A stretch of 64,000 bases of DNA, from the NCBI GenBank assembly GCA_964016885.1, contig OZ024756.1:10478001-10542000 (forward strand), in the 5' to 3' direction. Under the pieces are notes generated by a model that made no database searches, was not told the DNA's origin, and saw nothing but the letters and a program-made list of their open reading frames with translations. The stretch's first letter is position 1; every line of letters starts with the position of its first letter. The position numbers and the translations under genes were made by a program. Positions 39,376 to 52,079 of this stretch are shown here, one piece after another. This DNA is from Eledone cirrhosa. Its lineage: Eukaryota.

Positions 39376-39418
39376 GTCACTGAAGAGGTCACAGAGTGTG
39401 TGACGAAAGAACTATGAC
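39376..39418 (+). ncRNA. Minimal hammerhead-like motif in the pseudo-LTR
   Basis: GTCA-CTGAAGA-G-GTCACA-GAGTG-TGTGAC-GAAA-GAAC-TA-TGAC. One extra G before stem II; stem III is weak. Confidence 0.6.
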
Positions 39419-39629
39419 AATATATAAACAACTATCTGGTTGTGGAACCAACCAACCAACCAGAAATTTATAAATTTATGAATTTATTATAAATTTATTA
39501 TAATAAATTGAAGTGAAAGCAACTGGTGCGTGTGTTTCTTATTGGCAACATGACCCTCCCAAAGTATAACAATATCGGTTTCAACACACGATTTCAGATA
39601 AAGAATCTTGCTAAACAAATTCAGAAATG

Positions 39630-39697
<68 letters not shown>

Positions 39698-39829
39698 ATA
39701 TATATATAGGTGTATATATATTTATTTATATATGTATATGTTATAAGATTGGTTTGTAATTTTTTTTAGAAACCTTTTTATCGTACACTTATAGTGCTTC
39801 TTGTCTACAGGAATTTGATAGTTTAGTAA

Positions 39830-40560
39830 TCACCATCATCATCATCACTAGCATCACCACCATCATCATCACTATTATCATCAGTAGCATCACCAGCATT
39901 GCCTTCATCATCATCATCATCATCACCATCACTGACATGATCATCACCACCATCACTACCATCACCATGATCACCACCATCACCATCACCACCACCATCA
40001 TCACCACCATCACCATCACCATCACCATCACCACCCTCATCACCACCATCAACATCACTATCACTACAATCATCATCACCACCATCACCATCATCACAAC
40101 CATCACCACCATTACCATCATCACCACCATGACCATCACTATCATCACCATCACTATCACTACCACCATCATCATCACCACCATCAACATCACTATCACT
40201 ACAATCATCATCACCACCATCACCACCATCACCATCATCACAACCATCACCACCATTACCATCATCACCACCATGACCATCACTATCATCACCATCACCA
40301 TCACTATCACTACCACCATCATCATCACCACCATCACTTCCATCACCATCATCACCACCATCACCATCACCATCATCATCACCATTAACCATCACCATCA
40401 CCACCATCATCACCACCATCACCACCATCATCACAACCACCACCATCACCATCACTATCATCACCATCACTATCACCACCATCATCATCACCATCACCAT
40501 CACCACCACCACCATCATCATCACCATCACGACCACCACCACCACCATCATCATCATCAA
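39830..40560. repeat. (CAT/CAC)n trinucleotide low-complexity tract
   Basis: Direct reading of the sequence. Confidence 0.95.
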
Positions 40561-40774
40561 GCTATTCTTATTCAGACGGGAACACCAAAGATATATCCTG
40601 CCACACTAGGTAAGTTAGTTACTCTTTAATGTGAAGTGGTGAGGTTAACCCTTCCCTGAGAGTATTCCTAACGAAATACATCATCATCATCGTATTTATG
40701 TCTGTGTTTCCATGCTAGCATGGGTTGGACAGATCCACGCGCCGCTGCGATTCTTTGCTCTTTTCTCCTTTACA

Positions 40775-40960
40775 ATAATTGTCTCTACTTTAGGCACAAG
40801 GCCAGCAATTACCCAGTGCATTACTGGTACTTTATTTTATCGACCCCGTAAGGATGAAAGGCAAAGTCAACCTCGGCGGGATTTGAACTTAGATCGTAAA
40901 GGGACGTAACTATGCTGGAAAGCATGGCGTCCGACCCTCTACCGATACTGCCAATCCACG
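40775..40960 (-). mobile_element. tRNA-derived SINE, family S1 (other copies ~47305-47420 +, 53725-53910 -, 61545-61850 -, 61870-62050 -)
   Basis: Minus strand has B-box-like GTTCAAATCC followed by GCCGAGGTTGACTTTGCCTTTCATCCTTACGGGGTCGATAAAAT. Multiple dispersed copies in the window. Confidence 0.8.
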
Positions 40961-40964
40961 TCTT

Positions 40965-43900
40965 GCTAATGTAGTCTCATGTGTTTCTTCAGTCAAATGT
41001 TTATATCTTTGCTAGACTCTGTGAGTCTCAGTGATGTGGGATCAGCTCTCACCACCTCTGCCCATGTCTTCCTTGGTCTACCTCTACTGCAGCTTCCTTC
41101 CACTGGGATGTGGGATCAGTTCTCACTACCTCTGCCCATGTCTTCCTTGGTCTACCTCTACTGCAGCTTCCTTCCACTGGGATGTGGGATCAGCTCTCAC
41201 CACCTCTGTCCATGTCTACCTTGGTCTACCTCTACTGCAGCTTCCTTCCACTGGGATGTGGGATCAGCTCTCACCACCTCTGTCCATGTCTACCTTGGTC
41301 TACCTCTACTGCAGCTTCCTTCCACTGGGATGTGGGATCAGCTCTCACCACCTCTGCCCATGTCTTCCTTGGTCTACCTCTACTGCAGCTTCCTTCCACT
41401 GGGATGTGGGATCAGCTCTCACCACCTCTGCCCATGTCTACCTTGGTCTACCTCTACTGCAGCTTCCTTCCACTGGGATGTGGGATCAGCTCTCACCACC
41501 TCTGTCCATGTCTACCTTGGTCTACCTCTACTGCAGCTTCCTTCCACTGGGATGTGGGATCAGCTCTCACCACCTCTGCCCATGTCTTCCTTGGTCTACC
41601 TCTACTGCAGCTTCCTTCCACTGGGATGTGGGATCAGCTCTCACCACCTCTGCCCATGTCTACCTTGGTCTACCTCTACTGCAGCTTCCTTCCACTGGGA
41701 TGTGGGATCAGCTCTCACCACCTCTGCCCATGTCTTCCTTGGTCTACCTCTACTGCAGCTTCCTTCCACTGGGATGTGGGATCAGCTCTCACCACCTCTG
41801 CCCATGTCTACCTTGGTCTACCTCTACTGCAGCTTCCTTCCACTGGGATGTGGGATCAGCTCTCACCACCTCTGCCCATGTCTATCTTGGTCTACCTCTA
41901 CTGCAGCTTCCTTCCACTGGGATGTGGGATCAGCTCTCACCACCTCTGCCCATGTCTTCCTTGGTCTACCTCTACTGCAGCTTCCTTCCACTGGGATGTG
42001 GGATCAGTTCTCACTACCTCTGCCCATGTCTTCCTTGGTCTACCTCTACTGCAGCTTCCTTCCACTGGGATGTGGGATCAGTTCTCACTACCTCTGCCCA
42101 TGTCTTCCTTGGTCTACCTCTACTGCAGCTTCCTTCCACTGGGATGTGGGATCAGTTCTCACTACCTCTGTCCATGTCTTCCTTGGTCTACCTCTACTGC
42201 AGCTTCCTTCCACTGGGATGTGGGATCAGCTCTCACCACCTCTGCCCATGTCTATCTTGGTCTACCTCTACTGCAGCTTCCTTCCACTGGGATGTGGGAT
42301 CAGTTCTCACCACCTCTGCCCATGTCTATCTTGGTCTACCTCTACTGCAGCTTCCTTCCACTGGGATGTGGGATCAGCTCTCACCACCTCTGCCCATGTC
42401 TTCCTTGGTCTACCTCTACTGCAGCTTCCTTCCACTGGGATGTGGGATCAGCTCTCACCACCTCTGCCCATGTCTTCCTTGGTCTACCTCTACTGCAGCT
42501 TCCTTCCACTGGGATGTGGGATCAGCTCTCACCACCTCTGTCCATGTCTTCCTTGGTCTACCTCTACTGCAGCTTCCTTCCACTGGGATGTGGGATCAGC
42601 TCTCACCACCTCTGCCCATGTCCATGTCTATCTTGGTCTACCTCTACTGCAGCTTCCTTCCACTGGGATGTGGGATCAGCTCTCACTACCTCTGCCCATG
42701 TCCATGTCTATCTTGGTCTACCTCTACTGCAGCTTCCTTCCACTGGGATGTGGGATCAGCTCTCACCACCTCTGCCCATGTCTATCTTGGTCTACCTCTA
42801 CTGCAGCTTCCTTCCACTGGGATGTGGGATCAGCTCTCACCACCTCTGTCCATGTCTTCCTTGGTCTACCTCTACTGCAGCTTCCTTCCACTGGGATGTG
42901 GGATCAGCTCTCACCACCTCTGCCCATGTCTACCTTGGTCTACCTCTACTGCAGCTTCCTTCCACTGGGATGTGGGATCAGTTCTCACCACCTCTGTCCA
43001 TGTCTATCTTGGTCTACCTCTACTGCAGCTTCCTTCCACTGGGATGTGGGATCAGTTCTCACCACCTCTGTCCATGTCTATCTTGGTCTACCTCTACTGC
43101 AGCTTCCTTCCACTGGGATGTGGGATCAGCTCTCACCACCTCTGTCCATGTCTACCTTGGTCTACCTCTACTGCAGCTTCCTTCCACTGGGATGTGGGAT
43201 CAGCTCTCACCACCTCTGCCCATGTCTACCTTGGTCTACCTCTACTGCAGCTTCCTTCCACTGGGATGTGGGATCAGCTCTCACCACCTCTGTCCATGTC
43301 TACCTTGGTCTACCTCTACTGCAGCTTCCTTCCACTGGGATGTGGGATCAGCTCTCACCACCTCTGTCCATGTCTACCTTGGTCTACCTCTACTGCAGCT
43401 TCCTTCCACTGGGATGTGGGATCAGCTCTCACCACCTCTGCCCATGTCTTCCTTGGTCTACCTCTACTGCAGCTTCCTTCCACTGGGATGTGGGATCAGC
43501 TCTCACCACCTCTGCCCATGTCTTCCTTGGTCTACCTCTACTGCAGCTTCCTTCCACTGGGATGTGGGATCAGCTCTCACCACCTCTGCCCATGTCTTCC
43601 TTGGTCTACCTCTACTGCAGCTTCCTTCCACTGGGATGTGGGATCAGCTCTCACCACCTCTGTCCATGTCTACCTTGGTCTACCTCTACTGCAGCTTCCT
43701 TCCACTGGGATGTGGGATCAGCTCTCACCACCTCTGTCCATGTCTACCTTGGTCTACCTCTACTGCAGCTTCCTTCCACTGGGATGTGGGATCAGCTCTC
43801 ACCACCTCTGCCCATGTCTACCTTGGTCTACCTCTACTGCAGCTTCCTTCCACTGGGATGTGGGATCAGCTCTCACCACCTCTGCCCATGTCCATGTCTA

Positions 43901-44082
43901 TCTTGGTCTACCTCTACTGCAGCTTCCTTCCACTGGGATGTGGGATCAGCTCTCACCACCTCTGCCCATGTCTTCCTTGGTCTACCTCTACTGCAGCTTC
44001 CTTCCACTGGGATGTGGGATCAGCTCTCACCACCTCTGCCCATGTCTATCTTGGTCTACCTCTACTGCAGCTTCCTTCCACT
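40965..44082 (-). repeat. 74-bp satellite (~41 units) derived from the C-terminus of an RTE-type LINE ORF
   Basis: Period 74, with some 80-bp units carrying an ATGTCC duplication. The minus-strand unit translates PVEGSCSRGRPRKTWAEVVRAD. Confidence 0.85.
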
Positions 44083-44374
44083 ACCACCCCTACTACCATC
44101 ACCACTGACGTCTACACCAACACTCCAACACTACCACAACCACCACAGGCCCCCAACACCATCAGCCCCCAACACCACCACCATCAGCTCCAACACTACC
44201 ATCAGTCCCCAACACCACCACCATCAACTCCAACACCACCATCAGCCCCCAACACCACCACCTTTAGCCCCGACACTTCAGTATGGAGTACTAAGTAAAA
44301 CAATGTCCATACTAGTCTAAATTGGTAACTCCCAATCTCTCTTTCTCTGTTCTTCTGTCACCCACTATATATAT

Positions 44375-45010
44375 CATCATCATCATCAATTAACATCTAT
44401 CTTCCACGCTAGCAGGGGTTAGACGGATTTGTCCCAATTACAGGCAAGTTGGGTTGGGTGACTGTGTCTCACTCTTATAGGAGAGTTTCTGGCTGGTTTT
44501 CTATGACTGGATGCCCTTCCTAACGGCAACCACTTTACACTGTGTGCTGAGTGCTTTTTGCCATGTCTTTTACACGTCAACTTTACAGTGTGAGCTGGGT
44601 GTTTTGGGGCTGGTTTTCTATGGCTGGATACCCTTCCTAACGGCAACCACTTTACAGTGTGGGCTGGGTGTTTTGGGGCTGGTTTTCTATGGCTGGATGC
44701 CCTTCCTAACGACAACCACTTTACAGTGTGGGCTGGGTGTTTTGGGGCTGGTTTTCTATGGCTGGATGCCCTTCCTAACGACAACCACTTTACAGTGTGG
44801 GCTGGGTGTTTTGGGGCTGGTTTTCTATGGCTGGATGCCCTTCCTAACGGCAACCACTTTACAGTGTGGGCTGGGTGTTTTGGGGCTGGTTTTCTATGGC
44901 TGGATGCCCTTCCTAACGGCAACCACTTTACAGTGTGGGCTGGGTGTTTTGGGGCTGGTTTTCTATGGCTGGATGCCCTTCCTAACGCCAACCACTTTAC
45001 ACTGTGTGCT
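44375..45010 (-). mobile_element. SINE family S2 3' part with an internal 69-bp tandem amplification (~7 units)
   Basis: (CAT)n tail at the left. The unit contains GCTGGATGCCCTTCCTAAC..AACCACTTTACAGTG, shared with S2 copies. Confidence 0.8.
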
Positions 45011-45189
45011 GAGTACTTTCTGTCGTGTCACCTATATGATCACTTTATAGTGTATTCAATATAATTAAGTCTAAAGAGTCAGTATTGTTACTCTTGAGTT
45101 TCACCTGTTTATCACAAGGTCTATAGCATTAATATGGATCCTAACCCTAACCCATCTGTGAAACAGTCGTAACTATATATAACATATAA

Positions 45190-45470
45190 AGACCGGGTGA
45201 TGTGTTGTTTCCTTGAGCAAGACACTTTATTTCACATTGCTCCAGTTTACTCAGCTGTAGAAATGAGATGATAGGGACTGGGGTTCCTATCATTCCACTG
45301 CAAAGTGGTCGTGGAGGTGCCATGGCAAAAAAGCACCCAGCACTCACTGTAAATGAGGTTGGTGTTAGGAAGGGCATCCAGCTGTAGAAATCATGCCAGA
45401 ATCAGTTCCCGTCCCACCCTTGCAAGCAGGGAAAAGTGGACGTAAAATGAAATGAAATGAAATGAAATGA
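45190..45470 (+). mobile_element. SINE family S2 (CORE-like), 5'-clipped, (AAATG)n tail
   Basis: High similarity to 53278-53662 and to the reverse complement of 47488-47840. Confidence 0.85.
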
Positions 45471-45998
45471 AAGACATTAATGTGAAACCTCACTTTGTTT
45501 TCAATATATATATATATGGGGTCGAAATTTCGAGTGGGGTCGAAATTTTATATTCTGATTCCACATACTGTCTGGTGTTCATTTTGGTGTGAGAAATAAA
45601 TTAACAAATTTTAAAATGTAATCACCCCTACCCCTCGCATAGCCCCCCCCCCCCTAGTTCTGCGTTTTGAATACTAAAAATTTAAGGATTGTAAACTTGT
45701 TTTAATGCTATTAACTTTGTATTGGCTAAATATTACCTATATAACTTTTTATAAATTATATGATCCCCACCCACCCACCTGAAAAAAAACCAGTTATTGG
45801 AATCTATTTATTTATATAGTTTGTATTCATTTTTTTTAAATAAAAAAAGCCTATAATAAGAAAAGCACTTTCAACATATAAATAAATGTAAATTATTAAT
45901 GACTATTATGATATGCAATAAAAAAAACTATGCACGAACCTCAAACAAAATACATGAACAGTGAACACCATAAAATAAGCATTAATAGTATTTACTAT

Positions 45999-48020
45999 TT
46001 AATTAAATGACCATTGTCTTTTCCCGTCAAAGTGAGGTAAACTTTGTTCTGATTTCTGTACATTTAATATGAATTTGTGCCTATTTTCATAGCCTATTCT
46101 GACTTCAGAAGCTTTTGTCACTAAATTGAGAGCATGCTCGACTCCTTGACTATGACAGGGAAGAGGTATTGCTATTAATAGTCCTGAACGAGCTTTAAGA
46201 TTTGTAAAGTTCCATAAAATTGGAGGGGGGGGGGGTGTTATAACTTCATTTTCCCAGTTAATCAAATCAACATAATCCTGTGCTTCAAAATAAATTTTGT
46301 TTGGTAGTTTGAAATTTCTTAATTCTTCACAGGGCATTCGGGGAAAAGTTCTTGCTTTAATAATTTACTGAATTGCTGCTTCCCTAATTTGTCTTCTTGC
46401 ATCATTCAGTATAGTCAGTAAAAAATTCTCCGGATGGGCAAAATACGAATTAGTTTTTAACGATTTCTCCATAACTTCTTTATGATTTTGGTTCATATCT
46501 TGCATTAGATGTGACATATACCAAAAATTACTTGCTCTTTCATGTAACTTTGGATGAGATTTAATCCAGAACCAGCTTGGAGCATAAACTTGCATTATGA
46601 TTTTAACAAGATCCATAATATTCTTTTGGGGATTTTTTCCGAAACATATAAAGCAAAGAATTCTGTTTGCACGTGTTAACCACCTTGCATAATGGATTTA
46701 TACCAGGTGATCTTGCTGCTAACTGCTCAGAAACAAACCCTGTCTCAATACTGAGGCACATTTCATATAGATATTTTTGATCTGAGCTTAAAGTATCAAC
46801 AACTTCTAATGGCAATTCCTTCACTTTAGTTTTTACTGGAGAAAATTTGTTTATCTTTAAGTTTGTTACATCTTCTTTCATGTTATTGCCAATTAAGCCT
46901 TTTGATGTTCGTGGTTCTGTTGTTTTTCCATCTATGGATTCAAATATGTCTCGAAACAGAAGCTTATTTGTATGTAGCAGGCATATCAGCCACTGAAGTG
47001 GTTTATTTAAGTAAAATTCAATTATTTTAATTACCCCTCCTACATGGCCAGTGTTTACTGGAGTACCATCACATAATACAGCCTTTAAACTTTCTTGACT
47101 CTCAGAATCAATTAAAAAAGTAATAATTTCTTCTGCAATGCAACAAGCTGTTCCATTATCTGGGGATATGTGATCTAAATACTCATCACTGAGCCCTTTG
47201 ACAATAACATAGTGCTCTTCATTTTCCATCCCTCTTGCTGTTTTAGTTTTATCCTTTCTACTATCAAAACCAATGCAGTTGAGCTTTCTATTTTCTGTTT
47301 AACTTTGCCTTTGATCCTTACGGGGTCAATAAAATAAAGTACCAGTCACGCACTGGGGTCGATTTAATCGGCTTTCCCCTCCCTCAAAAAATTGCTGGCC
47401 TTGTGTTTAAATAAAGAAACCATTTTTATAATATTGTTTTTTCCAACTTTTTTTTTCTTTTTCTCTTTCAACTTTTTTCTTATCTAGCATCATCATTTCA
47501 TCATCATCATTTCATTTTACGTCCGCTTTTTCCCTGCTTGCAAGGGTGGGACGGTAACTGATTTTGGCTTGATTTCTACAGCTGGATGCCCTTCCTAACA
47601 CCAACCTCATTTACAGTGAGTGTTGGGTGCTTTTTTGCCGTGGCACCTCCACGACCACTTTACAGTGGAATGATAGGGACCCCAGTCCCTATCATCTCAT
47701 TTCTACAGCTGAGTAAACTGGAGCAATGTGAAATAAAGTGTCTTGCTCAAGGAAATAACACATCACCCGGTCTGAGAATTGAACTCACAACCTTTCGATT
47801 GCAAGGCCAATGCTCTAACCACTAAGCCATGTGCCTCCATATTTGTATCATTTAAAATTCCCATATCTCTCAAAGCTGCATTAACAATGGCAGCAGTTCT
47901 GAAACTTACCTGATATCTGTCTGCTGTAATGACTAGATTCTCATAAGTAAATGTGTTTTGTTGGTTTTATCTTAGTTCATTGTCGGGAAGAAATTCAATG
48001 TCAAGTGTTTCATATCCGTA
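45999..48020 (-). pseudogene. Degenerate DDE DNA transposase (hAT-like, possibly hATm type), interrupted by SINEs
   Basis: RYQVSFRTAAIVNAALRD, EEHYVIV, CDGTPVNTG, LQWLICLLH (CxxH), LSSDQKYL, VYAPSWF, YFAHPEN, PCHSQGVE. Superfamily assignment is from memory. Confidence 0.7.
47488..47840 (-). mobile_element. SINE family S2 inserted in the transposase
   Basis: tRNA-like head (GGCTTAGTGGTTAGAGC..GAGTTCAATTCTC), CCTTGAGCAAGACACTTT block, (ATG)n tail. Confidence 0.85.
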
Positions 48021-48119
48021 AGCAATTTAATATTTATGTGTTAGAGATTATTTCTATTTTAATTTTTTTATTTTTCAAAATATAATTCGTTAGTAGAGAA
48101 AAGCAATGAAGAATGACAT

Positions 48120-49396
48120 GAGGCAAAATTTACACAGTCGGAAACACAGTGGTCCAACACCGGTCCAATTTCACCTTGAATTGTTGCATGGTTGACGCGT
48201 TGACTACTTCTTCTGGAAGCCATTTCCAGGGTCCAGAGATGCGGATCGAGAAAGCAGCTTTCCGTCTATTTAGGCAAAAGCGGCGGTGAAACAGCTTTTT
48301 GTCATGTCCACGTAGACCCCTTTCAAGTGCCGGAGTGAATAGATCTTGAGGGAGATCGTAATGGCCATTGAAGAGATTGTAAGCCAAAATGAGATCGCCT
48401 TGTAGCCGTCGACGCTCCAAGGAGAAGAGGTTCAGCTTCTGCAGCCGGCTTTCGTAGGGCAGCTCATGAAGTCCCTGTACTATTTGAGTCGTTAGTCGTT
48501 GAACTCTCTCCAAGTGATGGATATCCCAGATGAGATATGGGTTTGATGCTTGGATGCCATATTCTAGGTGCGGCGTCTCACGAGGGCGACATAGAGAGGC
48601 CTGAAAATGTCTGGAGTAAGTTTGGCAAAGGAGCGTCGAATAAGAAAAAGAGAGCTCCTTGCCTTGTTTGCGGCTTGAATGCAATGTTTTGATGGTTTGA
48701 AGGATGAGTTGACCAGCAGACCAAGATCTTTAGTCTCCTCAACCTCCTTCAAAGGAGTAGTGCCACCGTTGAAGGTAAGAGCTGAGTTATAAGGTGTACC
48801 CACTGCCATATGGCAACACTTATCGACATTGAGGTATAAATCCCAGTCAATGGACCAACTCCAGGCATGCTGGAGGCTGGACTTGAGAGTGTCGATCTCG
48901 CTCCTACGGGCTACCATTTTCACATTATCTGCAAATAGGAGCACATTTCCACCAATCACGTCCGGCATGTCATTGATGTATAAAAGGAAAAGAATTGGGC
49001 CCAACACAGATCCCTGGAGAACACCGCTGCCTACACCCACCCCCGATGACAGACTGCCATTGATCCAAACTCTGAAAGTACGACCCTCCAGAAATGATCC
49101 AATCCTCTTTATAATCGAGTCATGGAGACCATAGTTGCTGAGCTTATACAGGAGCAGGCGGTGGTTGACAGAGTCAAAGGCTTTTGCGAAGTCGAGAAAG
49201 ATAATATCGGCCGCATCTCCATCGTCCATTATCCTCGGCACCCATTCTTCCATCACGAGTAGGTTTGCAAGACAGGAACGTTTCGGGATGAAACCGTTTT
49301 GAGATGGAGAGATGGCAGTGAAAGATGCAAGATGAGCCATAATTGCCCGCTTGATTAGAGATTCCAAGGCCTTACAGACAATTGAGGTGAGGCTCA
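48120..49396 (-). pseudogene. 5'-truncated CR1/L2-type LINE RT and C-terminal domain
   Basis: SLTSIVCK, RSCLANL, FLDFAKAFDSV, GVLQGSVLGP, LFADN (catalytic D to N), KDLG, PHLEY, LERVQR, SLERRRLQGDLI. One frameshift near 48580. Confidence 0.9.
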
Positions 49397-49664
49397 AGAA
49401 TTATATATCGAATGTCCCCCAAAAATGTATACACACTTTGATTACCCATACAGGCAATATTTATTGAATCCACATCCTTTCCCCAAAAATAAAATGATCT
49501 ACAGACATAATTCAATTGTATGTAAACACCTAAAAATATTTACATAATTTAAATAATGCATAGAAAACAGAATTTATTTTAATCCATTTTTTAAAGATTT
49601 TTTTATCATCTGTTTTCAAATTGATGTCCTTTCTGGTCCAGACATTGTTGACAGGGGGAGGTAA

Positions 49665-50133
49665 TGGAGTTACTGGCAGCTAGAGACATTTCATTAGGTA
49701 TTTGATGGAGGGTACTGGAGTTACTAGCAGCTAGAGACATTTCATTAGGTATTTGATGGAGGGTACTGGAGTTACTGGCAGATAAAGACATTTCATTAGG
49801 TATTTGATGGAGTTACTAGCAGCTAGAGACATTTCATTAGGTATTTGATGGAGGGTACTGGAGTTACTAGCAGCTAGAGACATTTCATTAGGTATTTGGT
49901 GGGGGGTACTGGAGTTACTAGCAGCTAAAGACATTTCATTAGGTATTTGATGGAGGGTACTGGAGTTACTAGTAGCTAGAGACATTTTATCAGGTATTTG
50001 ATGGAGTTACTAGCAACTAGAGACATTTTATCAGGTATTTGATGGAGGGTACTGGAGTTACTAGTAGCTAAATACATTTCATTAGGTATTTGATGGAGTT
50101 ACTAGCAGCTAGAGACATTTCATTAGGTATTTG
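49665..50133. repeat. 51/39-bp minisatellite (~10 units) inside the mariner transposase C-terminus
   Basis: GGAGTTACTAGCAGCTAGAGACATTTCATTAGGTATTTGATGGAGGGTACT recurs. Confidence 0.9.
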
Positions 50134-50487
50134 AGTACAATCTAGTTCAATGGCAACTCTCAGTTCAGCAATTGTTGTTGGTTTTGTAGCATATACTTTA
50201 TCTTTTAAGTATCCCCATAAGAATAAGTCTCAAGGGGTGAAGTCTGGTGAATGAGGAGGCTATTCTACAAAACCTCTTCTTCCAATCCACCTGTGTGACA
50301 AGATCTTATTAAGGTAGGATCGTACATCATGATGGTAGTGTGGTGGTGCTCCATCTTGCTGAAAATAAAATTCCTCATCTTCAAAGACATCTCTAATGCT
50401 TGACATGACAAGTAAACGAGACCAGTCACTGTAGCATCACAAAAGAATGGTCGAATTAATCCTCTTGATGTAATACCACACCACACT

Positions 50488-50915
50488 CATCATCATCATC
50501 ATCACTGTTTTACGTCCGTTCTTCCACGCTAGCATGGGTTAGACGGGTTGTCCTGTTGTGGGCAGTGTCCAGTCGGTTGACCTTGTCTTGCTCATACGGG
50601 AACTGATTCTAGCTTGATTTCTACAGCTGGATGCCCTTCCTAACACCAACCTCATTTACAGTGAGTGATGGGTGCTTTTTTTCCCTGGCGCCTACACGTC
50701 CCCTTTACAGTGTGGGCTGGGTGCTTTTTTGCTGTGGCACCTCCACGACCACTTTGCAGTGGGAGGGTGTGGGGGCATATTGTCTATATGCTTCAGCTTC
50801 GACTTGTACCCGTGGGCGGGGTCGGGTCTTCTGTATTACTGGGTGACGCCAGAGGTCACGGTCGTGTGTCATCGCCTTTGAGAGGTGTAATTGGGTAAGG
50901 TCAGCTTTTATCACC
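50488..50915 (-). mobile_element. SINE S2-related insertion within the mariner element
   Basis: (CAT)n tail and the CTACAGCTGGATGCCCTTCCTAACACCAACC block. It splits the transposase at the WCGI motif. Confidence 0.75.
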
Positions 50916-51589
50916 ACACTGTATCTCCTGCTAAATTAACTTCATGTTCCACTGTAAAATGTGGATTTTCAGGTCCCCAGTATTTGAAGTTGTAAATGGT
51001 TAATTGAACCATTTAATTTAGATGTAGCCTCATCACTCCACCCAACTTATGTTGAAAGCGTGTATCTTCTAAGCATATTGCCAAGTATCATTCATAATAC
51101 TCTATTCTTCTGTTTGAATCATCTTCATTGATAGCAGGGACTAATGTAGGGATATAACTTTTCCAATTGCAGTGCTTTAAAATGTGATGGACAGATGTTT
51201 TCGCAATTCCTACGTTACGACTTTCTTGCCCACAAAGATTTTCTTGGATTTCTGTGAAAACTTTCCAGTGTCCCTTCTTGTTTTCCGGGGCTTGTTGATG
51301 TCCGTGGTCTTCCAGAACGGTTTGTGTGTATATTATGTACAGTTCCATCAGATTCAAACTTATTAATGATTCGAGAGATGGTTAGCAGCGTAGGAGGGTC
51401 TGACTGAAACTCTCTTCTATACTCTCTTTGGACTTAAACCATGTTTTCATACTTCCAGTAGCATTTTAGGATGAATTTCCTTTGTTGGTAGCTAAGTCTT
51501 GAAGCCATTGTCAGGGTAAAATCTGAAAAGTAAAAAAGCGGATTTGAGTTATCTGTTGCTGAAGTGTGTATACATTTTTTAGAAACATG

Positions 51590-51657
<68 letters not shown>

Positions 51658-51659
51658 AT

Positions 51660-51972
51660 AAGATGGCGTAGGACAGAACAAAGGAGAGGCACAAAAAACA
51701 AAGAAAAGAATCCCCAGTCACTGAAGAGGTCACAGAATGTGTGACGAAAGAACTTTGACAATATATAAACTACCATCTGGTTGTGGAACCAACCAACCAA
51801 CCGGAAATTTATAAATTCCTAAATTTATAAATTTATTATAATAAATTGAAGTGAAAGCAACTGGTGCGTGTGTTTCTTATTGGCAACATGACCCTCCCAA
51901 AGTATAACAATATCGGTTTCAACACACGTTTTCAGATAAAGAATCTTGCTAAACAAATTCAGAAACGAAATA
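51660..51972 (+). mobile_element. Solo pseudo-LTR of the 37246-39632 PLE family, with an HHR-like motif at 51717-51759
   Basis: Near-identical to ~39340-39632, with TA-rich flanks. Confidence 0.88.
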
Positions 51973-52079
51973 TATATACGTGTGTGTGTGTGTTTATGTG
52001 TGACTCACTCAATCACTCTCTCTCTTGCTATCTCTCTGTATACATATATATATACATACACACATATATATATATATAT

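Larger units (their letters stand above)
37246..39632 (+). mobile_element. 5'-truncated PLE of a second lineage, 3' pseudo-LTR ending in (TA)n
   Basis: Uninterrupted RT-EN frame. The 3' region ~39340-39632 is repeated at 51660-51972. Confidence 0.9.
49406..51592 (-). mobile_element. Degenerate Tc1/mariner element with DD41D spacing (rosa/Visitor-like)
   Basis: Imperfect TIRs share AAAAATGTATACACACTT (~49421-49438, and ~51562-51579 inverted). The transposase runs from ATG 51508 to 49606: [39 protein letters not shown], with 41 residues between the last two Asp. Confidence 0.85.

Noticed and set aside
39789-40629. His-, Thr- or Asp/Gly-rich ORFs (also 60371-61112)
   Set aside because: Trinucleotide low-complexity DNA with no splice or domain evidence.
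40979-44320. Three overlapping ORFs of >1000 aa
   Set aside because: A 74-bp stop-free satellite read through all three frames; the meaningful translation is on the opposite strand.
45138-45153. CCTAACCCTAACCC telomere-like motif
   Set aside because: Only about two units, compatible with chance.
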